Shown here in pieces: positions 1 to 13,651 of a DNA stretch of 64,000 nucleotides. A program made the translations under genes and the position numbers. The notes below the pieces were generated by a model, which did no database searches, was not told the DNA's origin, and saw only the letters and a list, made by a program, of their open reading frames with translations. This DNA comes from Lama glama (lineage: Eukaryota): assembly GCA_028534125.1 (NCBI GenBank), contig CM052816.1, positions 17,734,001 through 17,798,000 on the forward strand, read 5' to 3'. How positions within the stretch are numbered: position 1 is the first letter of the stretch; each line of letters begins with the position of its first letter.

Positions 1-929
1 AATATGCCTGAGGCTGTATCCATTGCCAGAGACTGGACCAAGAGCTGATTAGACAGGGCAGGACCAGACACCAGCCTCTCCCGGCTGTGCCCTAGATACC
101 ATGGAGGATGGGGGAGGAAGACCACAGACTCTTCCTCTGGAGTCCCCAAGGAGGGGAACAGTTGGTCATTCTTTCCTGGGCTGTAACATGTGACCTGAAG
201 AATGGTAGACAGTGGAAAAAGCATTTCAGGCATGGGATAACCATATAAGAAAGGTCTCCAAGTCTTGGAAGCAGAGTATGGTCAGAAAAATGGTGCTCAA
301 GTGTGGCTAGAGCAAGGAGCAAGTTGGGGACAGATGTGAGATGGGATAGATGGGGCCGTGTTATGTGGATGCTAGACACCATAATGAGAATATCTAAAAG
401 ACCAGTAGCTCCCATCCTTTCTTCTACGGTGACTGCCTGACCTAGGTTGTCCTGTGGACTTGCCTGGGGTGATGCTCACCTTATGGGACTGTATTTCTTC
501 CCCTTAAGATTGCAACTAAGTGAGAGTGCTGTCCTTACTAGACAGCATTGTATCTGTTTTACTGTACAGGAAGATAATGGTCCCTCAAAACTCCTGCTCT
601 TGGGCCGTAATTGTTTTCCCTAATACAGGCTCACTAATTACTTGGGATACCTCATAATGGGCCAACCTCTCCTACCAGCACTGGTAGCTCTGTTGAGGGC
701 ATCTGGAAGGGGAGTCCCTGAAGATTGTTAATATGAAGATATGTGAATGTCTTTTTCAGTCTCCTTTCCAGACCCCTGCAGAGCTCCATATAGATTCCTG
801 TTTTTAATATATTGAATTTTAACGATTCACCTAGAATCCACTGCCACCATGAAGATATCCATAGTGAGAGTGTTTTTTGGTTCAGAGTACCCAGTACACA
901 CTAGGCGCTCAATGAGTGTGTGAATTATA

Positions 930-1570
930 GATATATAATCATGGCACTTCGGAAGGTGGGTCCAAGGGAGATTGAGCTTGAACCCAGCAAGATCTCAATA
1001 AGGAGGTAGTTGCTGTAGATCAGATGAGAAACTATGATGGGTTGGTGAGGAAGGGGAGAGATAACTCTGGGGGTCCCGGAGGGTAGAGAGAAGGGTGAGT
1101 TTGGATGTGGGGAGTAGAGAAAGGAAGGAGTTGGAGATGATGAAGTCTCTGTAGTTACAGGGCGACTAGAAAGGAACACAGAAAGAAGAGATGGTTTGGG
1201 AAGAAAAGGGGTGAGCTAAGTGTAGGGCCTGGGTCACTCTCATAATGCCTGTGGATCATCCTTGGGACAAGGACTGGCAGGCCACTGGATAAAAAGCAGG
1301 AGGCGTGCTTACAGGGGTCCAAGGAGGTGCCAGAAAGGCAGGAAGTTGACTGGGATGGGCAGAGCCAGAATGCCATGGAAACCATAGGGAGAGATGCATT
1401 CAGGAAGGAAAATGTGGACAGGGGACCAGAGGGAGCTGTGAGCCAAGCCAGCTAAGGATGCAGATGTGGCCTTTGGAGTTAGGGGCCTGGAGGTCGTTGG
1501 TCCCCTGGTAAGAGCCGTGTTTGTGGAGTGAAATGATAGAGAAGGACAGCTGGGTGGGATCTCAGGCATC
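930..1570 (-). mobile_element. L2 LINE fragments (ancient, degenerate)
   Basis: Purine-rich antisense L2-like text, e.g. gaggtcgttggtcccctggtaagagccgtgtttgtggagtga. Boundaries approximate. Confidence 0.5.
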
Positions 1571-4284
1571 CACACCAATGGGATGAGATCAGATGCAGAA
1601 GAGAACATGTCCACTGCCTCATCTGTCCCCATGCTGGACACCTGAGGATTCTGGGATGATGCAGGGAACATGGGGAACACTTACTCACAGGCTGGGGCTC
1701 TGGCCGGCCCCGTGTGTGTTTTGCCGTTGTTTAAGCTGGACCCTGTGATGAGCCTTGATGAAGTTTACAGCAGTAATTACCCCCTTCTAACCCCCAAGCC
1801 TCTGTCCCTTCCCCGTTGTCTTGTGGGACTAGAGGAAAGTTACCAATGTTAGCTTATCCAGTTTGGTCCAGGGTTTTGAAGGCATCTTCCTGGAGTGAAA
1901 TTGAGTCCTTCAGGACAGTGTTGGTGACAACAGGTGCCATCCAAACAGCTGTAGCTCTAGTATGTAGCTGTTCCCCCCAGGGGAGCTTCTGCCTGAATGG
2001 AAGGTTCTGCCTTGGTTACCAGTCTGTATGGTCATCAGTGTTAACTGCTTCAGACTCTTGTCTAGAAGGTCGGTTGTGAAAGGTACGCGAGAGGGAAGCA
2101 GCTGAACACGGATGTGGGGCCAGTGTTGTTTTGTGAAGATGGGGGCGACTCGGCCTGTTCAGCTGTCCCACACGCACATCCTGACTTGGGGAGGCTCTGT
2201 GCCTGTGGGGACAGAGACTCGTTGGATCCCCAGTAATCACCTTTGTCCTGCGGTGCAGATAAATTTGGTCTCAAAGGGAATTGGCTTCCACATGCTGCCA
2301 TCCCCACTTCTGCCCCTTAAGAAGACTTCATTTCTCATCACTTATCGGGCTGGAGCACTGTATTTTGTTACTGCCTGTCTTGTAGCAATACCACATTCAT
2401 TTTGTTTTCAATTACTGGGCTGTACCTTGAAAGGCCTTATCTGGCGGAGACACAGCTTGCATCTTCCCTGAGCAGCGTCGCTCTGTGGTCCTGCAGGAGC
2501 CTCCTTAGGTGCCGGGCTGGCTCACATCTATTTTCTGCCCCCCTTAGTGAGTTGGCCTCCTCTGGGCACCCTGGCACTGCTGTACTCCATCACCTAATCA
2601 CACAGAAAGCCCCCCTGCATTCACCTCATTCCTCTCTGAATGACTTTATTTATTTCTTTATTTTATTAAGACATAAGGAGCCTCAGAGGGCGCTGGGTTG
2701 AAAAGGCGATTGCTGCGAAACTGTCAGGTATTGAAGTCATACAAGTGTAGCTAATTTGTCTGCTTCTATTTCCTGAATTAAAAAGAGAAACTCAACAAAT
2801 TAAAATAATTGCTAGGACTCTTTCAGTGCTAGAGCCGGCGCCATCTGCTTGATAGATTTCTGGGTCCTGCTGCGGCTCAGGGCCCACAGGTTTCTTCCCA
2901 GGGGCAGCTGTGCGGTGGAGGGGGCAGCCAGTGGCTGTTGCCAGGTGGTAGGGGCTTCAGAAAAGGTGGCCTTAGCGCTGGAGCAAGTCAGTTTGAAATG
3001 TAGTGGAATCTTTGTAGTGCCTCCAAAGCAAAAAACCAGACGTGAAAATACCCCTGGCTACCCAGGGCCCAGGGAAGGCACTGTCTCTTCTGTTTCAGTC
3101 GATGTTTCTTCTCTTCCCTCCGTCTCCTGACTGAGGCTTTCCATTTCCTCCTTGTCCTGCCTTGATGTCGCCCCACCCCCTCCCTTGGTGGGTCTTTTCC
3201 TTCATCCTGTCTATGCCATCTGCTCTGCTGGTTGCCGGGGATACAACAGTCCATAAGACAAACACAAAACAGAATAATCGCAAGCAGGGTGAGGGACCAT
3301 GCCGGTTACGGTGAGAGAGAAGGACAGGGACAGGGACAGTGACGTGGTGGTCCAGGGTGGCCTCTCTGAGACGGAGCTGTTGAAGATGAGGCCTAGGGGA
3401 TGCGAGGGCACAGGTGCGAGACTGTCCTGAGGGAAGGGCTCTCAGAGGGAGCAGCACTCCCAAGGCCTCCAAGCAGGGCAGACCTTGGATGCTTCTCAGA
3501 ACTGAAGAGGGGCACTGAGGTTGAGACAGACAGGGGATAGGGAGGGAGGGGTGCTGGAGGAGAGGTTGGAGGGATGCTGGTGCCCACGTGCCTACTTCTT
3601 GGTTCTCAGGGAGAAGTTCATTGTCCTGGTGGTGTTGGTCTTCCGTGCTCATGCCCCGGACCTGGGCGCCGGGTTTTGAGTGGCTGTCCTAATGTTCTTT
3701 GCCCTGGGCTGTGAAGGGCAAGAGAGGTCTTGTTTGATTTCATGTATGGACATGGTGTTGATTTTATTTGAAAGGCTACACAGCTCCAGCCTGGGGAGGC
3801 CTTCACCTTCTCCCAAAATGACATGAGTGTGAGCCATGGTGGGTGGCAGGTGTCAGGAGATGATGGGACATCCTGGGCAAGGAAGGGGACAGATGTCTGG
3901 TCAGGAGTAACTCATGTGGGGCCAAGAAAGAGAAGGGCTTTGTGTAGCTGTGTGCTGGGGTCAATTTAGGGGAGCGGCTTGACCGCTCCTGGACCAGCCT
4001 GGTGCTGGCCTCAGCAGCTTCCTTCGGCTCTGGATATCTGAGTCACATCTACCCAGGAGCTTATTTTACTAGCCTCTTAAACACAGCTGTGTACCCTCAG
4101 GAGAAAGCTCAACCCCAAATGCTCCTTGGAGAATGCCTACTTTGCATAGTAATTAAGGAAGGCAAAGCCATGTTTTAAAACTTGGATAAAGTTTGTTCCA
4201 GTCCTGGGGAACCCTCCTTCTGTTGACAGTCACGGGGCTAAATCCTAAGGCTACACCACTATCCCACAGTGAGGATGACGGTCG

Positions 4285-4490
4285 TGATGGCAGGTAAGCT
4301 TTTGGTAAGTGCCCGGTGTCAGCCACTGTGTGAAGTGCGTTATGTGGATTTTCTTCTCTATAATTTTCATAGCTCGGTATTATAAGAATAGCTCTAGCAC
4401 AGAGAGGGCAAGTGTGACCTGCTCAGAGTCACCTACTGGGGCAATAGCGGAGCTGGGAATTCCATCCAGGCAGTGGGACTTCCGGCCTGC
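4285..4490 (-). mobile_element. MIR SINE
   Basis: Antisense MIR core: cacagagagggcaagtgtgacctgctcagagtcac...gcggagctgggaattccatccaggcagt. Confidence 0.6.
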
Positions 4491-5604
4491 CTGTGAGGAC
4501 AGGGGATCTGATTTGCTGAGTTGCTTGTCCTTGGCCACACAGCCAGCGAGAGCTGGAGGCTGAATGTAAACACGTCTTTTCACTTGGGGTCCAAGCCCCT
4601 TCCAGCCTTGCCCAGACTACCTGCAGTCCCCTCAGGTTCTTGGGGTCTCTGTGTCCCAGAGTCTCATCCGTAGACCAGCGCCATACAGGCTGCCGAAGAG
4701 TTGCCTGGAGACTTGCCACCCATGTTCTGGTTTCAGGAGGTGAGATCTAGGAATCCATAGTTGGTCATGCAGTTGGGTTTAGAGTGCTGACGCAGATACT
4801 TACACAGAGTAATGGTTTGCAGGCCAGGACGTCTTCCTTCTCCCTTTTACTGACTGTATCGCAGGATTGGCCAGTCCACCATTTGCATCCCCAGGCAGGT
4901 CACTGCCTCACCAGGTGTCTTATTTATTTTTTTTATCCATAGTCTCTGTACATATTGAGAACTCTGTAGAATATTTGTGGGAATAAGGGATGTGTGAAAG
5001 GGATATGTTTATATAATGAAATGTCAGGTATTTACACAGAGAGTTACCTGTTATTTCCTGGTTGAGACTCTGGGGTTCTCATGCCCTTCATACTGAGAAC
5101 AAGTGCTGGTACTTTGTACCTAAAAAATACACTAGGGATTCGTTCTGAAATTGTGGGAGTGGCTCTCCACTAAGTGTTCATACTTCTTCACCTGGTCTCC
5201 CTGGAAGGTGTTGAAGTGGGACTAGAAGGTGTTTGGCTGGGACATGTGGGTCTAGGGAAAAGGCGTCCAGAGCTGAGGAACTTTGCCTCATGGTCTTTTT
5301 GGACCATGAGCTCTGGGATTCTTGACAGAGCCCCTGCAACAGTCCAGTATCCCTGCACTGGCTAGAGGGATGGTTTGTGCCATCTCTGCTCTCAAAGACT
5401 TGACCATCTGGTAGGAAAGACAAAGAAAGAGAAATGTTGGTGCAGAGGTTAAGTTGAACAGGGAGATCATTTAGACAAGGGCTCCAAAATCCAGACTGGA
5501 GTGTGGGGTGAAGGCAGGTTATGTCTCTGCAACTTCAGCAAATTAACCTCTCTGGTCTCCCTCATGGTGAAGTAGGGAGTACATACAGTGTACATACAGT
5601 GGAC

Positions 5605-5900
5605 ACTGACAAGTATTTGCTGAAAACCGTGCAGGAAACTTCCCAGAGAAGGAGATGTGTGAGTTGCATTTGGAAAAACAAATAAAATTTAGCCAGGAGA
5701 AGAGGAGCCCTACAGGAGGGAACTATAAGAGCCAAAGCATGGAGAGGGTTGTGTGTGTTACAGGAAGGAAGCTGCAAGCGGTTCATTATTAGGGGCATTG
5801 AGTTTTAGGTGGCAAGGAGCCACGGGTGGCAAGGGCTAGAGAGGTGTGCCCTACAGAGCATTTTAAACTTTGTTTCAGAATTGATGGTATCTTCTGAAAG
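5605..5900 (-). mobile_element. L2 fragment
   Basis: ggaaacttcccagagaaggagatgtgtgagttgcatttggaaaa...agccaaagcatggag resembles antisense L2. Confidence 0.5.
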
Positions 5901-6108
5901 ATGATAAGTAAAGAAGGGGCACAACTGAGCTTTACATATGGTCTGTAAACAGAGGGGGACTCTGAACTCTAACTGTGCACTGATCAAACTGTGGATTTCT
6001 TCCTAAGAACCTGCTGCTGCAGAATTACTTGCAGATTACTGTCCTTGTGTCCCTTTTAGCCAACAGTGAAGGTCTGGCGGATGAGTGCCTGGGGGACTGG
6101 AGCACGGG

Positions 6109-6650
6109 TGCTGCCGGAGAATAAGTTCGTGCCTCGCTCAGGAAAGAATTCAAGAGCAAGGCATAGTAAAGTGAAACCAAGTTTATTTCGAGAGATACTC
6201 CATAGACAGAGTGCAGTCCGTCTCGCTTAGAAGGGAGAGAGGCTGAGGAGATACACACTCCACAGGCAGAAGCAGGGTGTTTAAATTAAAAGTAGATACA
6301 CACTCCATAGACAGAGTGTAGGCTATCTCAGAAGGCAAGAGAGAGCGACCATAAGGTTTGGAGTTGTTAGTTTTTGTGGGCTCGGTAATTTCATATGCTA
6401 ACAAGTAGAAGGATTATTCCCACTATTTGGGTGGGGAGGGGGTGAGGATTTCCAGAGATTAGGCCCTGCCATTTTTGGACCTTTTATGGTCAACCTCGGA
6501 ACTGTCATGGTGCCTGTGGGCGTGCTATGAGGCTCATGGTCTACTGGAAGTCAAATCTTCCGCCATCTTGGTTATAACCAGTTTATCCTGTCCTCAATTA
6601 CTATGTCATTCCTTCAATGGCTGTGCTCTGCCCTCTTCCCTCCTGTCTCA
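6109..6650 (-). mobile_element. ERV1-like solo LTR (about 542 bp), antisense to SPOCK1
   Basis: On the minus strand it begins TGAGACAGGAGGGAAGAGGGCAGAGCACAGCC and ends ...CCGGCAGCA (TG...CA termini). Minus-strand AATAAA lies at about 6182-6187, and there are internal repeated agatacacactccatagacagagtg-like motifs. Flanks cggg/ctgg may be a degenerate 4-bp TSD. Confidence 0.75.
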
Positions 6651-8449
6651 CTGGGGACATGTCAACTTCATGACCAGGTCTTGTCTGTCATGTCCTGTGA
6701 TGTCCTGGAGGATGGAAGAGAAACATCAAGCAAATCCTAATCAAATTTCCCAGGCAGGCATCTGCCAGGCCAGATTTAGATTATCATACATTATCCTCAG
6801 CTCAGAGAACTTGTGATGATGGCAAGATTAGCTCATGCTTTGCATTTGCCCTGGGAGTTTGCACAGCAGCAAGCCTGTTTGTCAGCTAATGCTCCTAAGT
6901 TTCCAGCCTCCATGGGGACCACACTTCTGGCTCTGTTGAATGCTCTATTCAAATGCAGCAAAAGAAAGATACAAAGCTGATGGCAAGTTGGAAGCTTCAA
7001 GAGTTGGGAAACTAGCCCTGGGGCCCCTCTCAGTCTTGCCCTGTGACTGTTTTTGTCATTCCCTCCATCCAGCTGAGATGTTTCATTTCTAAGGCTGGGA
7101 TCTGAGAGACCCCTGAGGCAGAACCACAGCCTCCATGGTCCCCTGTCGACTGGCCCTTTCAGTTCACCCCAACCCCCATGGTCGATGGGGTGAAGAACCC
7201 TCAAGCAGATCCCTTGCGTCATCCTCCTCCCCAGAAACTGCCAGTGGGGCTTGCACTGATGATGAAGTAAAGACCAGACGTACTAGTGCAGTGCTTACCA
7301 TGCTTCTGTTGTAGTTCCGGACTGGACCACCCTGATACATACCCGGAATAGAACATTTTGCTCCACATCTTCAAGTTCCTCTTTTCCCACGTTTACTCAG
7401 GCTGCTGCTTCTACCCAGAAGGCCTCTTTCCCACCTGCTGGAAATTGCATTTGCTTCCCAGTGCCCCACATAGCACTGTTTCCTCCCCTGAGCCTTTCTT
7501 TTCCCCTGGGGACATTCATGGTGCTTCCAGCCCCTTGTTAGAGTTGTTTGTGAGGGATGGAAGATCCTTGAGTTTATGAGCCTGAGGTCGTCTTTACCCC
7601 CCACCTTTCCCCGCAGTGCCCAGCCCAGGATCTCACATGTACACAGGGTTGGATTCTATCCCAAGTCAAACCTAGATCGCAGTTTATTCACCTTATTTCA
7701 GTTTTTGTTTCGAGGACAAGGACAGTTAGCAGCTCGTTCGTGGCCTTTTTGTGTATTTCCATTATCCCAGTGCCTGAGCTCTGGGGGTTTCTATTTTGAG
7801 ACTGAGCTAGTCAGAGTGTGGGAAGGAGGAAAACTGAGGAGGGGAAAGGGGGCCTCCTCTCAGCTCTGACCTGAATATTCTGGAGCTACCAGCTCACCTA
7901 GTTTTCTTCTAGCCAAGCACTGGAGGGGAGGGGGTCTTGGTCATAGCCAGAGGGGGCCATGGCATGGCCAGAAGCATGGTGCCAGGGAATCAGACAGAGC
8001 TCGAGGAGCACTGTCATCCCTGAGAATCTTTCAGAAGGGCCTTTGGGATATAAAACCCACTGGCTTCAGGCTTAAGAAGCTGGAGATTGCTTTGAGTCTG
8101 ATGTTCTCTCTTGTAAAACAGGGATCGTAATGTCCAGAGTCGTTGAGGAGTAAGATGTTACAAGGAGCCTGGTGCTTCTGAGAGTCGAGTATCTCTTCTT
8201 CCTCTCCTACTTCACTCCCTTATTTAAGCTGCTCAGAGGAGACATACAAACATTATCATTACAAAAGGTAATATCCGTGAACAGTGGCATCTTACTGTCC
8301 CATCTTTCTCGCTTGCATTGCAAAATGTGTTAGCCTCCCTCAGCAAGTCCTCATGAGTACCGGGTACCCGGCGTTGAGGAGCCAGCTGTGCGGGACGGTG
8401 AGGACGGAGTGAACCGGGGCTCTCACTGCTGCCGGCTTCCTGTGGCCCC

Positions 8450-8620
8450 CAGCTCAGACCCTTGGTGTCTAGATCACCTTTGGCTTTTTGGGTCTCAGTT
8501 TCTTCCCTGTGAAATCGTGATACTGACAGTCACTTTGTGGAGTTACTCTGAGGAGAAAATGAGATGGTTCTGATCAAGCCCTCGCATCTGGCATATACTG
8601 GGGGCACAGCACACATCAGT
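8450..8620 (+). mobile_element. MIR SINE
   Basis: tctcagtttcttccctgtgaaatcgtgatactgacagtcactttgtggagttactctgaggagaaaatgaga matches the MIR core. Confidence 0.6.
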
Positions 8621-9594
8621 AAGGGGCCTTGTCGGAGGGAGGTAAGGCTCCAAGTTGTGGCTGGCCCAAGGGGGAGGTGGCCTCACCTAGGATGAGTCCT
8701 CACAAAAGTGTCTTAAAAAAAGCCAGTCCTAGAAACCCATCCTTTTCAGTAGAGTCAGGGGCCTGCCACAAACGTCACAACTGACCAGTGTCTGAGCCGG
8801 GGCTGGGAGCAGCTCTGCTGCCTCGCCTTCCTGCTCCCCAACCTGGGAATGAACTTTACTCTGGCTCAGCTGGGGAAAGAGCTGTGTGGACAATCTGTTA
8901 GTGCTCTGCGAGACTCTGGTTGCTACTTGAACGAATTTTGGGCTGTGAAAGTGGCTGGTAAAATAGGTTTCATGAGAAGGGATCCCTCCCTTAAAGGCAG
9001 GAATGGTTCTTAGGGCTCTAAGACACCCCGACAAAGCAGAATGGGAACAGGAGGACCGTTGCAGGGCTGCCACACTTCCTGTGTGATGGCTTCAGTGTGG
9101 AAGGTAACTAATTGGTGGTGTTAGACCCTGTTAAGGGTGAGCAAATGGCTGAGCCTTTTCTAAGACAAAATCAGAACTTAGATCAGACTCTCTCCCAGGA
9201 ACTCAGAGCCAAGGACTTTATTTTTAGATCAAATGGGAAAAAGGGGACAGATACCTTGCCTTTTCACTGAGTATGGATAGAAAACTGGTCCCTTTAATTT
9301 TTTTTAACCCATTATGGGTGTGTTCTTAGCAGCCTCAGGATGGAGTCTGCCTTTTCTGCACTGTTCCATTTTCATAATCAAAACCTATTTTTCCTATTGG
9401 AGGGAAAATAATATCGGAGTTTGAATAACCTGAATGTTCTTAAAATGCTCCATAGACAGTCACTTCGTAACCAGTGTGGAAACAGAAGTCACTGTCCACT
9501 ACCCAACACGGCACCTGCCCTTCTGGGCCAGGTGCTGTGCGGGTCCCTGGGAATGCTGAGGGACACGGAGCCCTTTATTAAGGTTGCCTGGGGC

Positions 9595-10470
9595 TCCTGC
9601 CGTGTTCCAGGCACTTTTCCAGGCCAGGAATACATGACAGAAAAGATCACTGCTCTTGTGGGCCTGTATTCTACTAGGAGAGATAAACAAAATATCACAG
9701 AAAAGTCAGGATGATGTGACAGGGGCAGCTTCTCTATAAAGGGTGGTCTGGGAGCGTCCTAAGGAAGCACAGTGTGCATGCTGAGAAGGAGCCAGCATGC
9801 AGTGACCTGGGGAGGAGCGTTCCAGGGATAGTGAGGGCTTTGAGGATAGAACCAGCTTCTGAGAAAGGGTCAGAAGGAAGGTGAGACGTGGCTGGACCAG
9901 AGGGTGAGCAGTGCCAGGGATGAGGGCAGGAAAGTGTGAAGGGTCCACCTTGTGTAGGATCTCGTCGGCTAGGGGAGAGGCTTTGCAAGTCACTGGGGAA
10001 GATTTCCGGGAGGATTCAAGCTCTAGTGGGGCTCACATTTCTGAATGATGACTCTGAAAGCTGCATGGAGGGGAGACCAAGGGCCCAAGGTGGGAAGACA
10101 GAGTCCAGTTAGGATGCTGCTGCAGGGGTCCAGAGAGGCAATGAGGATGAAGAAAAGAGGCCATGTGCAGGGGATGTGTGCAAGGAGGGCCAGTGAGACT
10201 GATGAGTGATGTGGACGTAGGCAGGGAGGGGAAGAGCGGAATCAGGTGGCCTCCCCGGTGTCTGGCTTCAGGGCCGAGTGTGTGGTGCTCTCATTGACTG
10301 AGATGGAAAAGACTGGATGGATATGTTTTGCAGAATCGGAAATGTTGTTTTTGAACAGTAAGTGTGGGCTCCCTGCTGGACACGTGGAGGTGTCATATCA
10401 GCAGTTAATCTCCCAGTTGGGCACTCAGGAGAGGTCAGGCCTGGAGACGCAGAGCTGGGGCCCAGTCCAC
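9595..10470 (-). mobile_element. L2 LINE fragment
   Basis: Antisense L2 3'-region motifs (gtgttccaggcact..., gagtccagttaggatgctgctgcaggggtccagaga, cattgactgagatggaaaagactgga, ggagaggtcaggcctggagac). Confidence 0.7.
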
Positions 10471-13400
10471 TCATAGAAGCCCCGGGCGCCCTTTTCCCTC
10501 TGTAACCGAGGTAGCACTAAAATGCCACTCACATGCCCCTACAAGCTTCTCCCGTGACACTTGCTGTCATTGCAGAATTGATCCCTGCATCCACTGGGGG
10601 TGGGAATCCAGAGGCAGAGATGTTGTCAGTGTCAGGCCAGCGCAGAGGTGGGTCAGTGGGAGTCTGAATAAACAAATTAAACTGTGTATTTCTGCCTCCT
10701 TCCTACCCTGAGGGTGCAGGACTGGGATGAAAGTGGCTCCAGCTGGGCTCTCTCAGGGCTAGGTGAGCTGTCTGGTGCTGGACTCTGTCATTCCCGCCAA
10801 ACTCTGCAGAGAAGGACCATGGGCTTCTGATTTTGATTCTTGCTCTGCTGTTCAGTTATGCAGGGAGTCAAGTCCCTTGACCTCCCTGAGCTTAAGTCTC
10901 CTTTGCTGTAAGATGTGTGTATGCTGCCCTCCTCTGCGAAGTTGTAGGGATGGCTTGCGGTCAGGTGTCTGGTGCCTAACAGATGTCACTAACAGGACCT
11001 GCATGACGGTTCCTTTCTTCAGCCCCTAAGAAAGTGGTGCCTTCAGCGGTGGTCCTGTGACTACAAATTGGAAGAGTTGAGAAATTCTTTCACTTGTTCC
11101 ACAGTGTGTGTTTACCATGTGTTAAGCACAGGAGTTTGAGGGGTAAACAGACAAATTCCCGTTCTTGTGGAACTCTTGTTCTAGCTGGAAAATCAATGGT
11201 CAGTAATCAAATAGATGAGCCGATTGCTGGGCAGTTTCGTGTGAAGCTGCTGAGTGGTCAGGAGGCCTCTGAGAGGAGGCATCCCGGCTGCGAACTGGGC
11301 AGGGACATGGGCTGACTCAGGGCTCGTGATGAAATGGCCTCAGAGATTTGTTTCTCCAAAGCTGCTATCCTGCCTAGGTGTGGGGGTGATTCTGGAAGGC
11401 GGCCACAGAGCAGGTGTGTTTTTCCCATAACCTCTGGCCCTAGAGGTCCTTCCCTTTCCTTGGCCTAATGGCCACACCTTCTCTTACCTGCTCTGGCTCC
11501 TTAGAACAGGAGGCCATGGGATTTTTTTCTCTAAGCCCCGATCTGGGAGGCTTTGGGGATGAGTCTCCGCTCCCAGGTCCCCTCCCTTGCATTCTCCATC
11601 CCTCCACTCCTTTCTCTCCCTGGCTGACACCAAAGACATTTCTTAAAGAGACTCTTCAAAGTGAATGCTTGGGGCTCCCCTTCCTCTTATCTTTGAGTCT
11701 GACAGCATTTTTGTGGAAGATCTTTTTTCAGCGTGCGCTCATGTGGAAGGGAGTTTTAAACTTGGTTAGCTTACAAGCTCTCCGTTTTCATGCCCCTCCT
11801 TCCTGAACCCCTACATTTCTCCCTCCCCTCCACAGCATCCCTAAGCTTCTTTTCCCAAACTGTTTTCATCTGTTCTTCCCTTATCTGTTTTCCTCCTCTT
11901 CTCTTTGTCACACGCTCTTGATTCCTGCCTCTCACCCTGGTGCGTTGCTCCCTGGTTCTCTCTTATCTTCACTCTCGCCCAAGCTGGACGCCCTGAGCTC
12001 CCTAACCCAGAGGCTGCCAAGGGCTGTTTCCCCCGTGAGGGGGCCTCTGGGCTCCCGCCCACCCTGGATCCCTTTGAAGATTCCTTTGATAATGTGGGAT
12101 GGCCCCCAGCACACCTGGGCCACAGGACACCTGCTTTGCCCACTGGCTGAGGTTGCCCTGATTTCAGAGAAAGCAAATGTTGTCTTTAACTCCACATGGT
12201 GGATTTTCTCTGGGAGGACTTTGCAGATACGGAGAAAAATGCACACCGCTCATTCCATCATTGAGGGAGAGACACTGCTCTACAGGCTGTCCGTTCTCCT
12301 CTGCTCCCTGAGCACACTCTGTCCGGCTTTAGGTTTATTAACGCCTCCAGCCACTGGGGATTTACTCCTTTCTATAAGTTGCAATTCTAGGCACTGGGTG
12401 CTACTAAAAAATTTCTGGCAGAGGAGGGCATGATTAGAACTTGCAAAAAGGAAAGAAAAGGGAAGCAAAGGGAATTGTGGTTATACTCTTACACTGTCAC
12501 GCTTAGTTACCACCCCCTCCCCATCCCCGACCACCACCACCTCCACCATCAGGAATGCCTTTTAGGAGAAGGTCATAAGAATGGGATGTGGGATCCTTGG
12601 AATTTTGTTGTCACTGCATCTGTTGTTACATTTGATTAACCATAGGCCGTTGATTAGTGTCATTTTTCTTCTTCATCCCCACTAGTCTTCAGCCTTTCCT
12701 GCCCCTGTGGCTGATTTGTATTGATGAGAACATCACTTGGAGTTATTGCCTTTTCTGAGAAGGGAATCATCTTTCTGAGAACTTAACAGGTGATGGATTC
12801 TTATAATCAACTTTAATTACTGATGAAAAAAGTATTTATATATGTGCATATGTGTGTATGTGTACGTACTTATACACAAACAAAAACACACAGTGGATTT
12901 GATTATGGTGAGAGAGATTTTTATAATCATGGAAGCCTGTCAAGATTCTGAGCCTTTCAGTCATATTTCAAGTTCATTTTACCAGACTCTAAAATGTCGG
13001 TGAAGACACGCAAGGATCTTTCCAGCTCCTAGGGCGTGTGCTGAGTCACGTCACCACCCACTGGTTACTGTGTCTACTGCCAAGGGGGGAGCAGGGCTCC
13101 TTCCTCCAGTGGTTCCCAGCCTAAAGAGAGCCTCACATTGTGCTTGATCAAGATGACCTTGATGGCAGGTGCCTAAGAGAACTGAGGGCATCCTGGCCAT
13201 TTGTGTGATTAAGGAACTGAATCTTTCTCCCTTGAAGACAAGTAAAACACATCATGGAATTTGCTTCATGCTTTTCATTATAGGAGCTTATAAAGCAAGA
13301 TGGGTTGGTGATTTCAATGGTTGTTGCTTTAGATTAATTCAGTCATTAGGAAGACTGGGTAAAAATTGAATGCTGTTGGCAGTCCCCTGGGGTGGCTACC

Positions 13401-13580
13401 CAAGTCCAGAAGCCCCTTTTTATAACATTAGAAATAGCGTCAGTGTAGTCAAAAATGAGTGTGGGCAGTGCAAGCCTTCTGCCTTTACTGTTATTGAAAA
13501 TACAATTTAATTATATTGTGAGTTTTGAACAATGTGTGTTTTTTTTCCAGAGGAGTTACTGGTTATTGCTTGTCATAAAC

Positions 13581-13644
<64 letters not shown>

Positions 13645-13651
13645 GGGAGAG
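13581..13651. repeat. Compound microsatellite (GT)n(GA)n
   Basis: Directly visible tandem dinucleotides with one GTTT interruption. Confidence 0.97.

Noticed and set aside
1665..1679. 15-mer ggaacatggggaaca also present at about 50440, making two ORFs share MFPMF
   Set aside because: Similarity does not extend beyond the low-complexity 15-mer, which is compatible with chance.
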